Assembly (NCBI GenBank): GCA_026988525.1
Contig: JALSLC010000006.1
Span: forward strand, 123-64,122
DNA: 64,000 nucleotides
Direction: 5' to 3'
Source: Archaeoglobaceae archaeon
GTDB lineage: Archaea > Halobacteriota > Archaeoglobi > Archaeoglobales > Archaeoglobaceae
Part shown: positions 1 to 11,292 of the stretch, piece after piece
Layout of the letters: every line of letters starts with the position of its first letter
How positions within the stretch are numbered: the first letter of the stretch is position 1
Program-made: the position numbers and the translations under genes
The notes under the pieces: model-generated
The model's input: the letters and a program-made list of their open reading frames with translations, nothing else
Told to the model about the DNA's origin: nothing
Database searches by the model: none

Positions 1-62
1 AAAGCCCCTCCAATAATGTTTAATATACCTAAAACTGTAACACCAGTTGGTCGCTCATTCAT
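1..62 (-). CDS. 5' end of a membrane-protein gene that runs off the left edge (partial)
   Basis: Reverse-strand ATG at 62..60 opens 'MNERPTGVTVLGILNIIGGA...' with no stop before position 1. Hydrophobic start. Too short to classify. Confidence 0.25.
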   Translation of the reverse strand, partial: MNERPTGVTVLGILNIIGGA

Positions 63-167
63 AAAACTAAAAATAGATTAGAATATTTAAAAATTTTTAT
101 TTAATGCTACTATTGATAATTTACTGAATTCGGAAATTTTAAAAATATTTTAAAAATGATTTAAATC

Positions 168-959
168 ATGGAAAATGAGAATATAAAAAATAGAGAGTAT
201 ATAGACAATATAGTTAGAGAAGTTGAAAAATACATTGGTGGTGACAAGATTTTCAGTCCATTATGGATGGTTCTGCAACTAATTCTTTCGTTAATACTAT
301 CGGCAGTTGCAGTTCTTTTAGATATAGGCAAAATTGCCAGTTTATACTATAGCAAGATGTACTATGCCCAATCAATCAGAAGTATTGAATATAACTTCCA
401 GTATATGAAAGTAATTACAATAATTTTACTGATAATTACAGATATTTTGGTGATATATATACTAATTGTACTGATATCAAGAAGGAATACACATTTTGAA
501 AGGACTAAAAAGTTGTACAAGAGCATCTCTAAGCTTTTGGAAAACATTGGTCTAAAAGAAGAGGCTTGGAAAATAGAAGAGTATGTAAATAGATGTGAAA
601 TAGAAACGGGAAAGAGAAGTGTAGCGGGATGGGTCATTTTGGCTGTATTACCCATAGTAAATTCAATAGCAATACCATACATATACCACTTCTTAACTAG
701 AGACTACTTCAAGCATGAGAGATATGAATTCCTAATTTATAATGTTATTTCGAAGAGCATAAAAGTAGATCTGGAGCCAAATGGTTTTCCAGATAGAGAT
801 ACTGTAATGTACTTCTTACTTAGCATTGTAACTTTTGGTATAGCGGGAATATATTGGTACTATACTTTATTTGCAGATCCAAACAAGCATTTCAAAGAAC
901 ATTCAATATCTGAAGAAAAGATTTTAAAAACACTAATTACACAATTCCAGAACCCTTAA
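168..959 (+). CDS. hypothetical multi-pass membrane protein
   Basis: 263-aa ORF with several long hydrophobic segments (e.g. 'LWMVLQLILSLILSAVAVLL', 'ITIILLIITDILVIYILIVLI'). No recognisable catalytic motif. Confidence 0.5.
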   Translation: MENENIKNREYIDNIVREVEKYIGGDKIFSPLWMVLQLILSLILSAVAVLLDIGKIASLYYSKMYYAQSIRSIEYNFQYMKVITIILLIITDILVIYILIVLISRRNTHFERTKKLYKSISKLLENIGLKEEAWKIEEYVNRCEIETGKRSVAGWVILAVLPIVNSIAIPYIYHFLTRDYFKHERYEFLIYNVISKSIKVDLEPNGFPDRDTVMYFLLSIVTFGIAGIYWYYTLFADPNKHFKEHSISEEKILKTLITQFQNP

Positions 960-1941
960 TATATATTTCTCTACTTTTTTCATTTATTTTTACGCAATCT
1001 CCAAGAAATTCATTTATTACATATGCATTACTTATCTGATGTTTTGTAATTTTAGAAACGGTATAACGAGTTGTCCCTTTTGCTATAGCAGCAAAAATCA
1101 TTATTTGGTCACCAACCCACTCATCTAAAGCTGCTCCACTATTAACTTCTTCGATAAACTTTTTAGCCGCTTCTTCTCCAACCAATTCAGCTCTTTTACC
1201 CTTTTCACCCAACGAACTTGAACCTATCATCTTACTCCATATAGTAATACCACTCCCAGTGGAGATGCCGCTGCTAACTTCTACTTTGATTTCAGTTTTA
1301 AAATTCTTTAAAAATGTTTTAGCAGATTTTGCTTGTCTTTCAGCTACATGAGGTGGTAAATTCTGGCAATGGCTCACACCATAAACTTTTTCTATTTTCT
1401 TAGCTTTGAATTCCAAGCCCACAAGTTTTGAGGGTTCAAAAATAGCTTTAACTTTACCTCCTCCTTTTGGGTAATATCCTCTTCTAACAATCATCAAATT
1501 AGCCTTTCCTCCCATTCTACTTAAACCGTAAAAAGTTACATTTTTGAGATAATCTATAGGAGGAGACCATTTTACATCTGTACCCCCAATAACAGTAACA
1601 TCTACAACATCATCTGCAGTAATAGCAATTGGAGAGATTACTTGAAGAACGAGAGAGATACTACCCGCTGTACCCACATCAATTTTAAACATTTTACCTT
1701 TAACACTCTTTGGTTTGAAAATAACCTTAGTAGAACCTTTTTTCATACCTTCTACTTCAGCATTGCTAAGAACTTTTGCTGCTTCAATTCCTTTAAGGTG
1801 TTGCATTGCAAGTCCGGGATTGGGCCTATTAGCTCTTATATTGTAAATTTCTACAGCTTTCCCAGTTATACAGGATAGAGCTATCGCTGTTCTTAAAATT
1901 TGGCCTCCTCCTTCTCCAAAACTACCGTCTATCTTAATCAT
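937..1941 (-). CDS. rtcA: RNA 3'-terminal phosphate cyclase
   Basis: N-terminus 'IDGSFGEGGGQILRTAIALSCITGKAVEIYNIRANRPNPGL' is the RtcA signature. Length of 334 aa is typical. Confidence 0.9.
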   Translation of the reverse strand: MIKIDGSFGEGGGQILRTAIALSCITGKAVEIYNIRANRPNPGLAMQHLKGIEAAKVLSNAEVEGMKKGSTKVIFKPKSVKGKMFKIDVGTAGSISLVLQVISPIAITADDVVDVTVIGGTDVKWSPPIDYLKNVTFYGLSRMGGKANLMIVRRGYYPKGGGKVKAIFEPSKLVGLEFKAKKIEKVYGVSHCQNLPPHVAERQAKSAKTFLKNFKTEIKVEVSSGISTGSGITIWSKMIGSSSLGEKGKRAELVGEEAAKKFIEEVNSGAALDEWVGDQIMIFAAIAKGTTRYTVSKITKHQISNAYVINEFLGDCVKINEKSREIYIKGSGIV

Positions 1942-2603
1942 ATCAATCCCATTAGTTTTAAGGCTTGTTCAACACCTTTACCGTTTTCTCCGGGAACCAC
2001 AATATTTGCTATTCTTTTCAACTTTAAATCCGCATTAGCCACTGCAACACCAATCCCTGCAACTTCTAACATTTCTATATCGTTTTCAGAGTCACCAATA
2101 GCCAAGAAATTTTTTACATCTATACCTATTTTTTTCGCCATATACTTTAATGCAAAACCCTTACTTATCTTTTCATCCACAATGTGATAGGCATAACCAG
2201 AATCAAGAAGTTTAACACCCATACCATCTATTATTTTTCTCGCTTCTTCAGCAGGAAAAGTTCTTCTAATACATACTTCTGATTTTCTATATTCTTCATC
2301 TAAAAATTCAAGATCAAAATATTCAGATAACTTCTTTGCCGCTCTAACGCATTTCTTTTTATCTCCAAGTACTATATCCTCTCCATCATAGCTAAATCTA
2401 ACAACACCACCATTTTCACATATAACCATATCTGAAACACCTATTAATTTAGCTGCTGTTCTCGCAAAACAAGAAATATTTCCAGTAGATAAAATAACTG
2501 GAATTCTTAGTTTTCTTAAAGCTTTGACTGCTCTACAGCTTAAACTTCTATCCCTGTGCGTAATAGTTCCGTCAATATCTATTGCGAGTGCAAGAACTTT
2601 CAT
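1938..2603 (-). CDS. HAD-superfamily phosphatase, archaeal phosphoglycolate phosphatase / Cof type
   Basis: HAD motif I 'DIDGTIT', motif III/IV 'GDSENDIEML'. 221 aa. 4-nt overlap with rtcA. Confidence 0.7.
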   Translation of the reverse strand: MKVLALAIDIDGTITHRDRSLSCRAVKALRKLRIPVILSTGNISCFARTAAKLIGVSDMVICENGGVVRFSYDGEDIVLGDKKKCVRAAKKLSEYFDLEFLDEEYRKSEVCIRRTFPAEEARKIIDGMGVKLLDSGYAYHIVDEKISKGFALKYMAKKIGIDVKNFLAIGDSENDIEMLEVAGIGVAVANADLKLKRIANIVVPGENGKGVEQALKLMGLI

Positions 2604-3634
2604 TCAAGTCTTCCTTTTTCAAGTATATCCATTAGCTCACTCAAATCTATAGTCCCAAAACCAACTGCAGAATCGGAAGCTCCGTATGAGATTAATATAG
2701 TGTCATCAACCATTATAGCTCCACACGGAAATACTGTAAATGGTCTATCCCCATATATTTCATAACATTCTCTTGGTTCCATAATGTAACAAGGTGAAAC
2801 TGCTGTCACATTACTTTTTTCGTCCATTAACATAGCAAAAACTCTGTATGCTTTTGTTTCTGCATCAACAGCATGCAACAAAAGCAAATATTCACCATCC
2901 ACTTTTATAGGTGGTGTGTTCCATCCAAGCTTTTCTTCATATTTTGCTGGTTCTAAAACTGTTTGGGTATCATTTACGCTTATGTCTCCTATTTCTGTTC
3001 TTTCAAATATATTACAAGTTACAATACTTTTTACAAGATAGAAGTTCTCATCTTTCATGTGAAGCCTATGGAAAAGATAACATTTATCCATCTCAACAAG
3101 GAATGAATCTTTATCACTTATTACAAACCCTCTAAATTCTTCAGGCACTCTAAAAGCACACAATTTGACCCATTTGCCATTCATATATACAGCTGTTACT
3201 GGTAGCGTTCTTTCAACTCTAACAGACGGATCAAAATAATGCACAGTCCTACCACAGTACGTCATAACTTTTTTACCGTCAATTCTATAGACTCTTGGGT
3301 CTTCAACACCCCAAAGGTCGTATTTATTGTTCGGGTAGAGACAAATGTTTGCAGTATAGTGTCCAGCTTCAAAACCGTTTAACACATCGTTGAGTGGTAT
3401 TCTAAATTCAGCAACTGCACTGGCATATGTAAAATATCCAAGTACAATTCTTCCATAAACTAAAAGTTCATCCCCTTCAACATCAATTGATGCATTGAAA
3501 ATTGTAACCGGCGTATCTATTGGAAATTTTTTTAGATGAATGTTTTTTGCAGTTATGACTCCTTTCCTTTCCACAATATCTCTTGTTACGTTTTCTCTTC
3601 TAACCTTTAATCCATCTTTGAGCTTGAACACCAT
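2600..3634 (-). CDS. glycosidase-related beta-propeller protein (GH130 / DUF377-like)
   Basis: 'WGVEDPRVYRIDGK' and 'ISYGASDSAVGF' resemble the archaeal PH1107-type / GH130 family. Assigned from memory only. Confidence 0.5.
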   Translation of the reverse strand: MVFKLKDGLKVRRENVTRDIVERKGVITAKNIHLKKFPIDTPVTIFNASIDVEGDELLVYGRIVLGYFTYASAVAEFRIPLNDVLNGFEAGHYTANICLYPNNKYDLWGVEDPRVYRIDGKKVMTYCGRTVHYFDPSVRVERTLPVTAVYMNGKWVKLCAFRVPEEFRGFVISDKDSFLVEMDKCYLFHRLHMKDENFYLVKSIVTCNIFERTEIGDISVNDTQTVLEPAKYEEKLGWNTPPIKVDGEYLLLLHAVDAETKAYRVFAMLMDEKSNVTAVSPCYIMEPRECYEIYGDRPFTVFPCGAIMVDDTILISYGASDSAVGFGTIDLSELMDILEKGRLE

Positions 3635-3667
3635 GTGAGTAAATAAAATTTGCAGATTATAAACTTT

Positions 3668-4255
3668 TTACCTTCTTATTACTTCATCAATTCTATCTCC
3701 AAGCTTAGAAATCCAATCTATTTTCCCCGGTGCATAATCCTTAGCATTACCTTTAAGGATAGACGTAACTATTTTTGCCACCTCTTCCACGCTTTTATCG
3801 GAAGTGTCTATTTCATAAACTTCTTTACAAGTTTCTAAGCATTCTATTAAAATTGTGTCTATTAACTCCGCCTCCACATTTTCCATCACTTTATTTATAT
3901 TCCATCCTCTCGAGAGGAGTCTCTCCTTTAAAATTAGAGGATTACATCTTAATACAATAGCTACATCTGCAATGTGATGTGAAAGATGTCCATCCACTAT
4001 CAAAAATCCTTCAGGATTGAATTTTCTTTTCAACTTTTCAATATCAACTACGTAACAATCATCTTCGTAATCAATTATACAACCCAGATTTTTTGCTATT
4101 TCGTTAAAACTTAAAACTTTGTAACCCTTCTTACTAAGTATTTTAGCCACACTCGTTTTTCCAACACCGGGTGTCCCAGTTAAAGCTACAACTTTCGCTT
4201 TGTCGTAAGAAACTGGTATTCTAACTCCTTGTAATTGCAAGATATCACCTCTCAA
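3668..4255 (-). CDS. Fap7/AK6-like adenylate kinase (nucleoside-triphosphatase)
   Basis: P-loop 'GTPGVGKTS', 'VDGHLSH' motif, about 190 aa. Confidence 0.7.
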   Translation of the reverse strand: MRGDILQLQGVRIPVSYDKAKVVALTGTPGVGKTSVAKILSKKGYKVLSFNEIAKNLGCIIDYEDDCYVVDIEKLKRKFNPEGFLIVDGHLSHHIADVAIVLRCNPLILKERLLSRGWNINKVMENVEAELIDTILIECLETCKEVYEIDTSDKSVEEVAKIVTSILKGNAKDYAPGKIDWISKLGDRIDEVIRR

Positions 4256-5342
4256 AAATACTTTCCAATGCCGAAATTAAAACGTCATTTTCTTCCTTTT
4301 TACCCACAGTAATTCTAACGTAGTTATAACCACATCCATAAAAACTTGAGCAATCTCTAATTATAATCCCTCTTTTCATAAGTTCTTCTGTAAAAGTCTT
4401 AGATTGTCCATCAACTCTAACAAACAGAAAGTTGGAGTTGCTCGGAAACACTTTTAACCATTTACTGAGTTTAACTTTTAATCTTTCTCTTTCTGACAAA
4501 TTATTTTTTAGAACAAAATTTAAATGATTTCTATCTCTCAAAGCAGTTGATGCTACAAGAGCAGAAATTGTAGATACTGGAAAGGGGGTTGTTGCTTTTA
4601 GATATTCTTTTTTTAGCTCTTCATTAAGTACAGCGTATCCAACCCTCAAGTTTGCAAGCCCAAAAGCCTTGGACATCGTTCTACCAATAATTACATTATC
4701 ATATTCAAAAAAATTTTTTAAACTAATTCCATCAAAATCAGCATACTCCCCATAAGCTTCATCTATAAAAACTAAGGTGTCACAACTTTCTACTATTGCT
4801 TTAACATCCTCTTTATTTTCAGCTGCCGCAGTTGGATTGTTTGGTGAGCAAATGAAAATTAGTTTTGGTTTTTCTTTTTCAGCAACTTCAATTATTTTTT
4901 CAGCATCAATTCTCCAATCTTCTTTCCTTTCTATGAATATGCCTTTTGCCCCAGAAATGTTAATCAATGTATGGTAATATTGATAAGTGGGAATTGGTAA
5001 AATTACTCTGTCACCTTTATCAATTAAAAGTCTAAATATAGTTTCCATTACTCCATCCATACCTGCTCCAACTACAACTCTTTCCGAAGGCCACTCTGTA
5101 TGTTCTTCTATAGCCTCAAGCAATTCAGAAGGGAAAGTTTCAGGATATCTACTTAATTCCTTAATATCTATTTTTTTAAAAACTTCTGATACCAGCGGAC
5201 TCGGCCCATATGGATTCTCATTTGATGCTAACTTAATAACTCGAGTTATACCATACTTTTTTTTCACATAATCTATGCTCTTGCCCGGTTCATATGGTTT
5301 CATATTTTTAATTTCATCTCTAACAAAGTTCCCAATTTCCAT
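4245..5342 (-). CDS. hisC: histidinol-phosphate aminotransferase
   Basis: 'KLASNENPYGPSP' and PLP-lysine region 'RTMSKAFGLANLRVGY'. I prefer the internal start 'MEIGNFV' (ATG 5342..5340) over the 31-aa Lys/Arg-rich extension in the ORF track. Confidence 0.85.
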   Translation of the reverse strand: MEIGNFVRDEIKNMKPYEPGKSIDYVKKKYGITRVIKLASNENPYGPSPLVSEVFKKIDIKELSRYPETFPSELLEAIEEHTEWPSERVVVGAGMDGVMETIFRLLIDKGDRVILPIPTYQYYHTLINISGAKGIFIERKEDWRIDAEKIIEVAEKEKPKLIFICSPNNPTAAAENKEDVKAIVESCDTLVFIDEAYGEYADFDGISLKNFFEYDNVIIGRTMSKAFGLANLRVGYAVLNEELKKEYLKATTPFPVSTISALVASTALRDRNHLNFVLKNNLSERERLKVKLSKWLKVFPSNSNFLFVRVDGQSKTFTEELMKRGIIIRDCSSFYGCGYNYVRITVGKKEENDVLISALESIFER

Positions 5343-5567
5343 ATTTTTACCTCGAAATTTTGATTTCAGCCTTTTCCCAATCTTCCACTCCTTTAAGCGT
5401 AGATATAAGAGCCGAGAGCACTTTAAAAAACACACTTCTAACGTACGAATTCATAGGTATTTTTTTCCCATCAACATAAAGTTCCACATCCATGTTTTAC
5501 TTGTCACCAATTCTGTTTTTACATTTTGTTATCGACAAATTTTTAACAATTAATACTTACATCGAGC

Positions 5568-6548
5568 ATGCATAGAATAACTGTAATCCCCGGAGATGGT
5601 ATTGGTAAAGAAGTAATGGATGCTACAATGATCGTTCTCGAAAAACTGAATTTACCATTCGAATATATATGGATGGAAGCGGGGGATGAAGCACTTAAGA
5701 AGTACGGAAAAGCTCTTCCAGATGAAACTCTCGAAGAATGTTTAAAAAGTGATGCTGTCCTGTTTGGTGCAGCAGGGGAGACCGCTGCAGACGTTATAGT
5801 AAAATTAAGATTTGAATTAAAAACTTTTGCAAACATCAGACCGGCAAAATCGTATAAAGGTGTAAAAAGTTTATATGAAAACGTAGATATTGTTATAGTT
5901 AGGGAAAATACAGAATGCTTATATAAAGGTCTTGAATTTGAAGTCTCAGAAGGGGTAACAGAAAGTATAAGAGTTATAACGAGAAAGGGCTGTGAAAGAA
6001 TTGTTAAATATGCTTTTGAGTTAGCAAAAAATGAAGGTAGAAGGAAGGTCACTGCACTCCACAAGGCTAATGTTATGAAAAAAACGTGTGGACTTTTTAG
6101 AGATGTTTTTAGAGAAATTGCAAAAAATTATCCTGAAATAGAGTCCAACGATTACTACATAGATGCTGCCTGCATGTACTTGGTAATGGATCCTCAAAGG
6201 TTTGATGTAATAGTAACAACGAACATGTTTGGAGATATTGTAAGTGATTTGGCTGCTGGATTGGTTGGTGGACTTGGATTGGCTCCTTCAGCAAATATTG
6301 GCGAAAAATACGCTATTTTTGAGCCGGTTCATGGGTCTGCTCCAGATATAGCAGGAAAAGGGATAGCAAACCCATCTGCAATGATATTAACAGCTTGTAT
6401 GATGTTAAAGCATTTTGGATACTTAGATGAGGCGAGAAAAGTTGAAAGTGCTTTGGAAGAAGTTATATCTGAAGGGAAAACAACACCTGACTTAGGTGGA
6501 AGTTTAAAAACAATGGAAATGGCAAAAGAAATAGCAAAAAGAATTTAA
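5568..6548 (+). CDS. leuB: 3-isopropylmalate dehydrogenase family (beta-decarboxylating dehydrogenase)
   Basis: 'ITVIPGDGIGKEV', 'NMFGDIVSDLAAGLVGGLGLAPSANIG', 'EPVHGSAPDIAGKGIANP'. 326 aa. Confidence 0.8.
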   Translation: MHRITVIPGDGIGKEVMDATMIVLEKLNLPFEYIWMEAGDEALKKYGKALPDETLEECLKSDAVLFGAAGETAADVIVKLRFELKTFANIRPAKSYKGVKSLYENVDIVIVRENTECLYKGLEFEVSEGVTESIRVITRKGCERIVKYAFELAKNEGRRKVTALHKANVMKKTCGLFRDVFREIAKNYPEIESNDYYIDAACMYLVMDPQRFDVIVTTNMFGDIVSDLAAGLVGGLGLAPSANIGEKYAIFEPVHGSAPDIAGKGIANPSAMILTACMMLKHFGYLDEARKVESALEEVISEGKTTPDLGGSLKTMEMAKEIAKRI

Positions 6549-6551
6549 AAA

Positions 6552-7097
6552 TTATTCAATCTTTATTTTCTTCTTATCTACTTTTCTCGGATACTTCTTC
6601 TTAAATACAACTTCAAGAACACCATTGTTATATCTGGCTTTTGCTGAATCTGGGATTACTTCACATGGTAGATCCACAACTTCATAGTACTTTCTGTTCT
6701 CTCCTTCAGCTTTAATCTCCACGGATTTTTCAGTAGCACTAACATCGATATCTTCCTTGTTGACACCGGGCATTTCTGCAATTATTTGCACTTCATCGTC
6801 AGTTTCCATTACATCTACAAGTGGTTTTCTCTCTTCAACACCCTGACTTGCCATTTCTTTTGTTCCAAACTCTCTTATCTCTGGTTTTCCATCAGGCCCA
6901 ATTCTTATAGAGAATCCTCTAACAATTGGTTTTACTTCTCCGCTCATGGACTTTCTGAATATTTCGTCTATGTCTCTAAACATTCTTTCAACTAAATCGT
7001 CAAATATGTCGAAATCTCTGAATCCAAATCCAAACCAGTCGTAATCATCCTCTCTATCTCTCTCCCTTCTCCTTCTCCACCACACCATACACATCAC
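6552..7097 (-). CDS. small heat-shock protein (Hsp20 / alpha-crystallin)
   Basis: Alpha-crystallin domain 'VDVMETDDEVQIIAEMPGVNKEDIDVS...ARYNNGVLEVVFKK'. Unusual Trp/Arg/Asp-rich N-terminus. Confidence 0.85.
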   Translation of the reverse strand: MMCMVWWRRRRERDREDDYDWFGFGFRDFDIFDDLVERMFRDIDEIFRKSMSGEVKPIVRGFSIRIGPDGKPEIREFGTKEMASQGVEERKPLVDVMETDDEVQIIAEMPGVNKEDIDVSATEKSVEIKAEGENRKYYEVVDLPCEVIPDSAKARYNNGVLEVVFKKKYPRKVDKKKIKIE

Positions 7098-7133
7098 CTC
7101 CTATATAAAAATTAAAATTTAAATTAAATTATT

Positions 7134-9359
<2,226 letters not shown>

Positions 9360-9420
9360 TTACATATTTATTTTATTTTTAATTTGTTATTTTAAATATT
9401 TAAATATAATTTTGATTATT

Positions 9421-10119
9421 TTAAATTTTTAAACTCCATATTTCTTTATCGTTTAACAATGCCTTAGTAACGATACCTCTTCTTTCCAAATTTTCGAGAG
9501 TTTTTCTAACGTCTTTATAAGATAGACCAAATTGCTCAGCTATTTCTTCAGCACTTTTTAACCCCTTGCTAATTCCAAGGATAACTACTCTTTCAACCTC
9601 ACTTCTAAATTCTTCATTAAGTTCCCTTGTTAATTTATCAAAAGCCTCGTTTATTCTTCTATTGATCATCCCCTGAATTTTAGAAATGTCTCTCTGAACT
9701 TTTTCGATTTCTTCTATGACGTTACTTAGCTGAATGAAGTTTGTCTTATCTAAGTTTATATCCATGATTTTTTTCACTTCATTAGCAATTTTATTTACGT
9801 TAGCACCGTTTATACCTGTAATTACGGAAGTTTCAAACATATGAGGAGCTATCGTTATTTCTATTCTCACGCTTTTGTTAATACAGTAGTATCTTCTTCT
9901 ACCCTCCTCAAAACTCCTGATTATCCCTGCTTTTTCAAGTTTTTCAAGGTGCTCTATTACAGCTTTTGGTGCCATTTTAAGTGAATATGAAATTTCACTG
10001 ACATAACATGGCTTCTTTGAGAGTAAAGCAAGTATTCTCCTTCTACTTTCATTTCCAAGTATTTCAAGTAAAGTCTCAGCCATCTCTGAACTCATGTCAA
10101 TCACCAACCTACCTGACAT
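9421..10119 (-). CDS. ArsR-family winged-helix transcriptional regulator with a second C-terminal wHTH
   Basis: 'LGNESRRRILALLSKKPCYVSEISYSLKMAPKAVIEHLEKLEKAGII' is an ArsR-type HTH. The C-terminal 'SAEEIAEQFGLSYKDVRKTLENLERRGIV' is a second HTH. Confidence 0.7.
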   Translation of the reverse strand: MSGRLVIDMSSEMAETLLEILGNESRRRILALLSKKPCYVSEISYSLKMAPKAVIEHLEKLEKAGIIRSFEEGRRRYYCINKSVRIEITIAPHMFETSVITGINGANVNKIANEVKKIMDINLDKTNFIQLSNVIEEIEKVQRDISKIQGMINRRINEAFDKLTRELNEEFRSEVERVVILGISKGLKSAEEIAEQFGLSYKDVRKTLENLERRGIVTKALLNDKEIWSLKI

Positions 10120-10204
10120 TTTTGTTACTAACCTTAAGTTAGTATAATAGTATATAAAGTTTTTGGTTCAGCAAATTTATATATTCTAAGAAAAAAAGTA
10201 TAAA

Positions 10205-10265
10205 AAGATGATGAGTGAATCCAATTCTGAGCCTTAGCGATGATGAGGTAGCCCGCATCTGATTT
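10205..10265 (+). ncRNA. C/D-box sRNA (2'-O-methylation guide)
   Basis: C box ATGATGA 10208-10214, 12-nt spacer, D' box CTGA 10227-10230, C' box ATGATGA 10240-10246, 12-nt spacer, D box CTGA 10259-10262. Flanking A-run and T-run can form the terminal stem. Lies in a 153-nt gap between two minus-strand genes. Confidence 0.75.
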
Positions 10266-10272
10266 TAAATTT

Positions 10273-11112
10273 TTAAAGTGGTAGATTTAGCATAGAAAAA
10301 ACACCAATCATCTTTAACGCCATATATACCATAACTGCAACAAATATCAATTTTAATTTCTTTGCTGGCAAATAATGAGCAACTCTAACTCCAATTTGTG
10401 CCATTAGTACACTCGTTATTGCTAAAGCCAACCATGACTCAGGATTGAAGTATCCTATTAAAGTGCCAATTGAGTAAGTTCCAAAGATTCCTGCATTTAA
10501 ACCATTGATTATATAACCAACAAGTCCACCAATAGATGTAAATATCATTACTGCTGTAGAAGTTCCAACTGCTCTATGCATTCCAAATCTAAGAATTACA
10601 GCCATAACTGGCACCATTAGTACTCCGCCACCAATTCCAATAATTCCAGTTACTATTCCAAGTAAAATACCCCAAATTGACAAAACTATTGGATTCTCGT
10701 TTGGTTTTTCTTCAACCTTTGGCGGTTTAGCTGTTAGCAATCTAATAGCTCCTAAAAGAATTCCCAAACCAAAAACAGTCTTTAAAATTTTAGCTGAGAG
10801 ATGTGCTGCTATCATCGACCCCAGTATAGCTCCAATTGCACCTGTAATACCCATAACTAATGCTGCCTTCCATAGAACTGCCCCTTTTTTCGTATGTCCT
10901 AAAGCACCGCTTATTGCTGTTGGAAAAACCACAGCTAAATTCGTTCCAAAAGCAGTCAAAATTGCGAGCTTTGGATTTATACCCATACTCGTATAAACCC
11001 AGTACTGCACAGGAATCATTATAAAACAACCACCAACACCAAGTAGTCCACTTGCAAATCCAACACCAATTCCCGTTATTGCAAGTATCAAAATACCCTC
11101 TATAAAATTCAT
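10273..11112 (-). CDS. TauE/SafE-family (DUF81) anion/sulfite exporter-like permease
   Basis: 279 aa, about 8 TM segments, Gly-rich internally duplicated helices ('GLLGVGGCFIMIP' / 'GIIGIGGGVLMVP') typical of the family. Confidence 0.75.
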   Translation of the reverse strand: MNFIEGILILAITGIGVGFASGLLGVGGCFIMIPVQYWVYTSMGINPKLAILTAFGTNLAVVFPTAISGALGHTKKGAVLWKAALVMGITGAIGAILGSMIAAHLSAKILKTVFGLGILLGAIRLLTAKPPKVEEKPNENPIVLSIWGILLGIVTGIIGIGGGVLMVPVMAVILRFGMHRAVGTSTAVMIFTSIGGLVGYIINGLNAGIFGTYSIGTLIGYFNPESWLALAITSVLMAQIGVRVAHYLPAKKLKLIFVAVMVYMALKMIGVFSMLNLPL

Positions 11113-11292
11113 TTCTCACACCTCTTCCTTTTGTTTATTTTTTAAACTATTTTTAACTTAAAAGTAGAGTATTCTAAAATTATATATAATTTTTGTTTAA
11201 AAAATAAACAAAAAAATAAGTAAGAATTTGAATTATTTTAAAAATAAATAGAATAAATTAATAAATGGTAATAAAAATAATTATATATAAAA

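Noticed and set aside
5543-6064. 173-aa minus-strand ORF antisense to leuB
   Set aside because: Entirely inside a gene with strong family motifs on the other strand. Ser/Leu/Phe-rich low-complexity composition typical of shadow ORFs in AT-rich genomes.
10790-11119. 109-aa same-strand alternative-frame ORF overlapping the TauE-like gene start
   Set aside because: Trp/Cys/Asn-rich nonsense composition. The other frame gives a coherent 8-TM permease.
11113-11292. 180-nt extremely AT-rich spacer considered as a DNA-unwinding element or second origin
   Set aside because: No ORB or mini-ORB-like dyad on either strand and no adjacent initiator gene. Most simply a promoter/terminator spacer.
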